Shown here piece by piece: positions 62,376 to 64,000 of a DNA stretch of 64,000 nt. Origin of the DNA: Candidatus Latescibacterota bacterium (GTDB lineage: Bacteria; Latescibacterota; UBA2968; GCA-2709665); NCBI GenBank assembly GCA_965226795.1, contig CBDDDZ010000005.1, positions 704,001-768,000 of the forward strand, given 5' to 3'. A program made the position numbers and the translations under genes. A model generated the notes under the pieces. It searched no databases, was not told the DNA's origin, and saw nothing but the letters and a program-made list of their open reading frames with translations. Each line of letters starts with the position of its first letter. Position 1 is the stretch's first letter.

Positions 62376-64000
62376 CTAGTGAAGGGTGCCGGCGTCGGTG
62401 TCAGCGCGCTTTGGGTCGTCAGCGCGATTCTGGGGATGTCGGTTTTGTCGTTCCTGTTGGGGCAGGGTCCCGAATCGATCCGCCCCGACGCGCTTCATCT
62501 GACCGATACCGTTGAAGGTGGAGACGCCTTCGGCGTCGTCTTCGCAACGTGCTTTCCGGCTTTCACCGGCATGATCGCCGGTCTGGGACTTTCCGGCGAC
62601 CTGAAGAATCCCCAGCGGAGCATCCCGATCGGGACAATTGCCGCGACACTCACGGGCATGGTCGTTTACGCATTGGTCGCAATCAAGCTCGCACAGAGCG
62701 CGACGCCCCAGGCGTTGGATGCCGACCAGTTTATCATGGCGCAGATTGCAGTGTGGGGTCCTGCAATTCATATAGGTCTGGGCGCGGCAGCCATTTCATC
62801 GGCTCTTGGTTCGATCCTTGTAGCTCCGAGAACCCTTCAGGCGCTCGCCCGGGACAAAGTGCTTCCCATACCGAAATTGAATCGCCTGCTCGCAAAGGGC
62901 TGGGGCAGGGCGCAGGAGCCCGTATACGCAACCTGCGTTTCAGGTGCCGTAGCGGTGGTATTCGTCGTTCTGGGAGACATTGACTTTATCGCGCAGATTC
63001 TCAGCATGTTCTACATGGTAACCTACGGCGCCCTCTGTACGGTATCGTTCCTCGAATACTTCGCGGGGAATCCGTCGTACCGACCCACGTTTCATTCGCG
63101 CTGGTACGTTTCGCTTCTCGGCGCGATCATGTGTGCACTCATGATGATTCAAATGAGTTTTCAGTATTCCCTTTTAGCCATCACTCTCATGGCCGCAATA
63201 TACTTCGGGCTGCGTCGCACGCGAAAAGGTGAACGGGACCTCACGGCGATCTTCCAGGGGACGATGTTCCAGTTGACCCGCCGACTCCAGATCACGCTGC
63301 AGAAGAACCAGGTGGAGAAATACGATGGCGGCTGGCGGCCCTCAATTGTCGCCGTGACCCGCTTCGGCGACCGGCGTTTGGGACACTTCGACCTGCTGCG
63401 CTGGATCAGCCACCGGCACGGATTCGGACACTTCATCCAGTACTTTCAAGGTGAATACTCGTTCGACGACGAGGCGAAAGCCCGTACTCACGTGGAAAAA
63501 CTCATTGACAGGGCGGACGTCAGCAGGGCCGGTATTTTTGTCGATTCACTGATCTGCCCGTCTTTCAGGCAGGCACTGGCACAGACGCTTCAGATGCACG
63601 GCATCTCGGGTTTGCCCAACAACTGTGTTCTGCTCGAGTTCGACAAAGCGCAGTCGGAGGAAATTAACGAAACAGCAGAGGGCGTGCGCCTCGCGGCCGA
63701 GTCGATGTTCAACGTCCTGGTCTTGCGGTCGACAAACTACCGATTCGGTTACCGGTCCTCGATTCACCTGTGGGTAACGGAGGAGAATCTTACGAATGCG
63801 CCGCTGATGCTGCTCCTGGCGTACATCGTCGTGGGCCATCGCGAGTGGCGACGCGCCGAGATCCGGCTCTTCGCGTGCCACGAATCCGAGGGCGCGGAAC
63901 TCGAGACGCACCGGCTTTCCAGTCTGATGACGGAAGGCAGGCTGCCGATTTCCATGCAAAATGTGACGTCCGTTGCATGCACAACCAGTGAATCCGTCGA

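Larger units (their letters stand above)
60008..64000 (+). pseudogene. SLC12/cation-chloride cotransporter-like APC permease, frameshifted and IS-interrupted, runs off window
   Basis: TILGAILFLR, GGGAYYIISRSFG; after the IS, FPAFTGMIAG..SGDLKNPQRSIP.GT; frameshift near 60155. Confidence 0.85.

Overview
GC-rich bacterial chromosome segment. The EF-hand-tagged secreted protein, several PhyH and Gfo/Idh/MocA paralogues, BMC genes and a compact 6S-like RNA between zapA and rny suggest an FCB-superphylum lineage such as Latescibacterota; this is inference only. Layout: 1-9.8 kb housekeeping (xseB/xseA, ymdB, rny, 6S-like RNA, zapA/zapB-like, rplT-rpmI-infC-thrS, queE). 10-34 kb catabolic and accessory enzymes, a sigma factor with a perfect operator, and an ExbB/ExbD-like pair. 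30-37 kb minus-strand run headed by two unusual BMC shell genes (4 + 2 domains) and a DHDPS-family enzyme. 37-48 kb large uncharacterised membrane transport/peptidase cluster and tRNA-Phe. 48.2-51.9 kb nested mobile element: an IS1380-family IS with a group II intron just inside its terminal inverted repeat and four 19-30 bp CCTG...CAGG palindromic micro-insertions in its transposase. 52-57 kb sugar oxidoreductases. 57.5-64 kb metE-like remnant, tRNA-Val, orphan DNA methyltransferase and an SLC12-like transporter broken by a second IS1380. Most notable: the 4+2 BMC pair (possible heterodimeric pseudo-hexamer), the G^C-targeted micro-insertions, and the IS-end-targeting intron. All calls come from reading motifs by eye; no searches were run.
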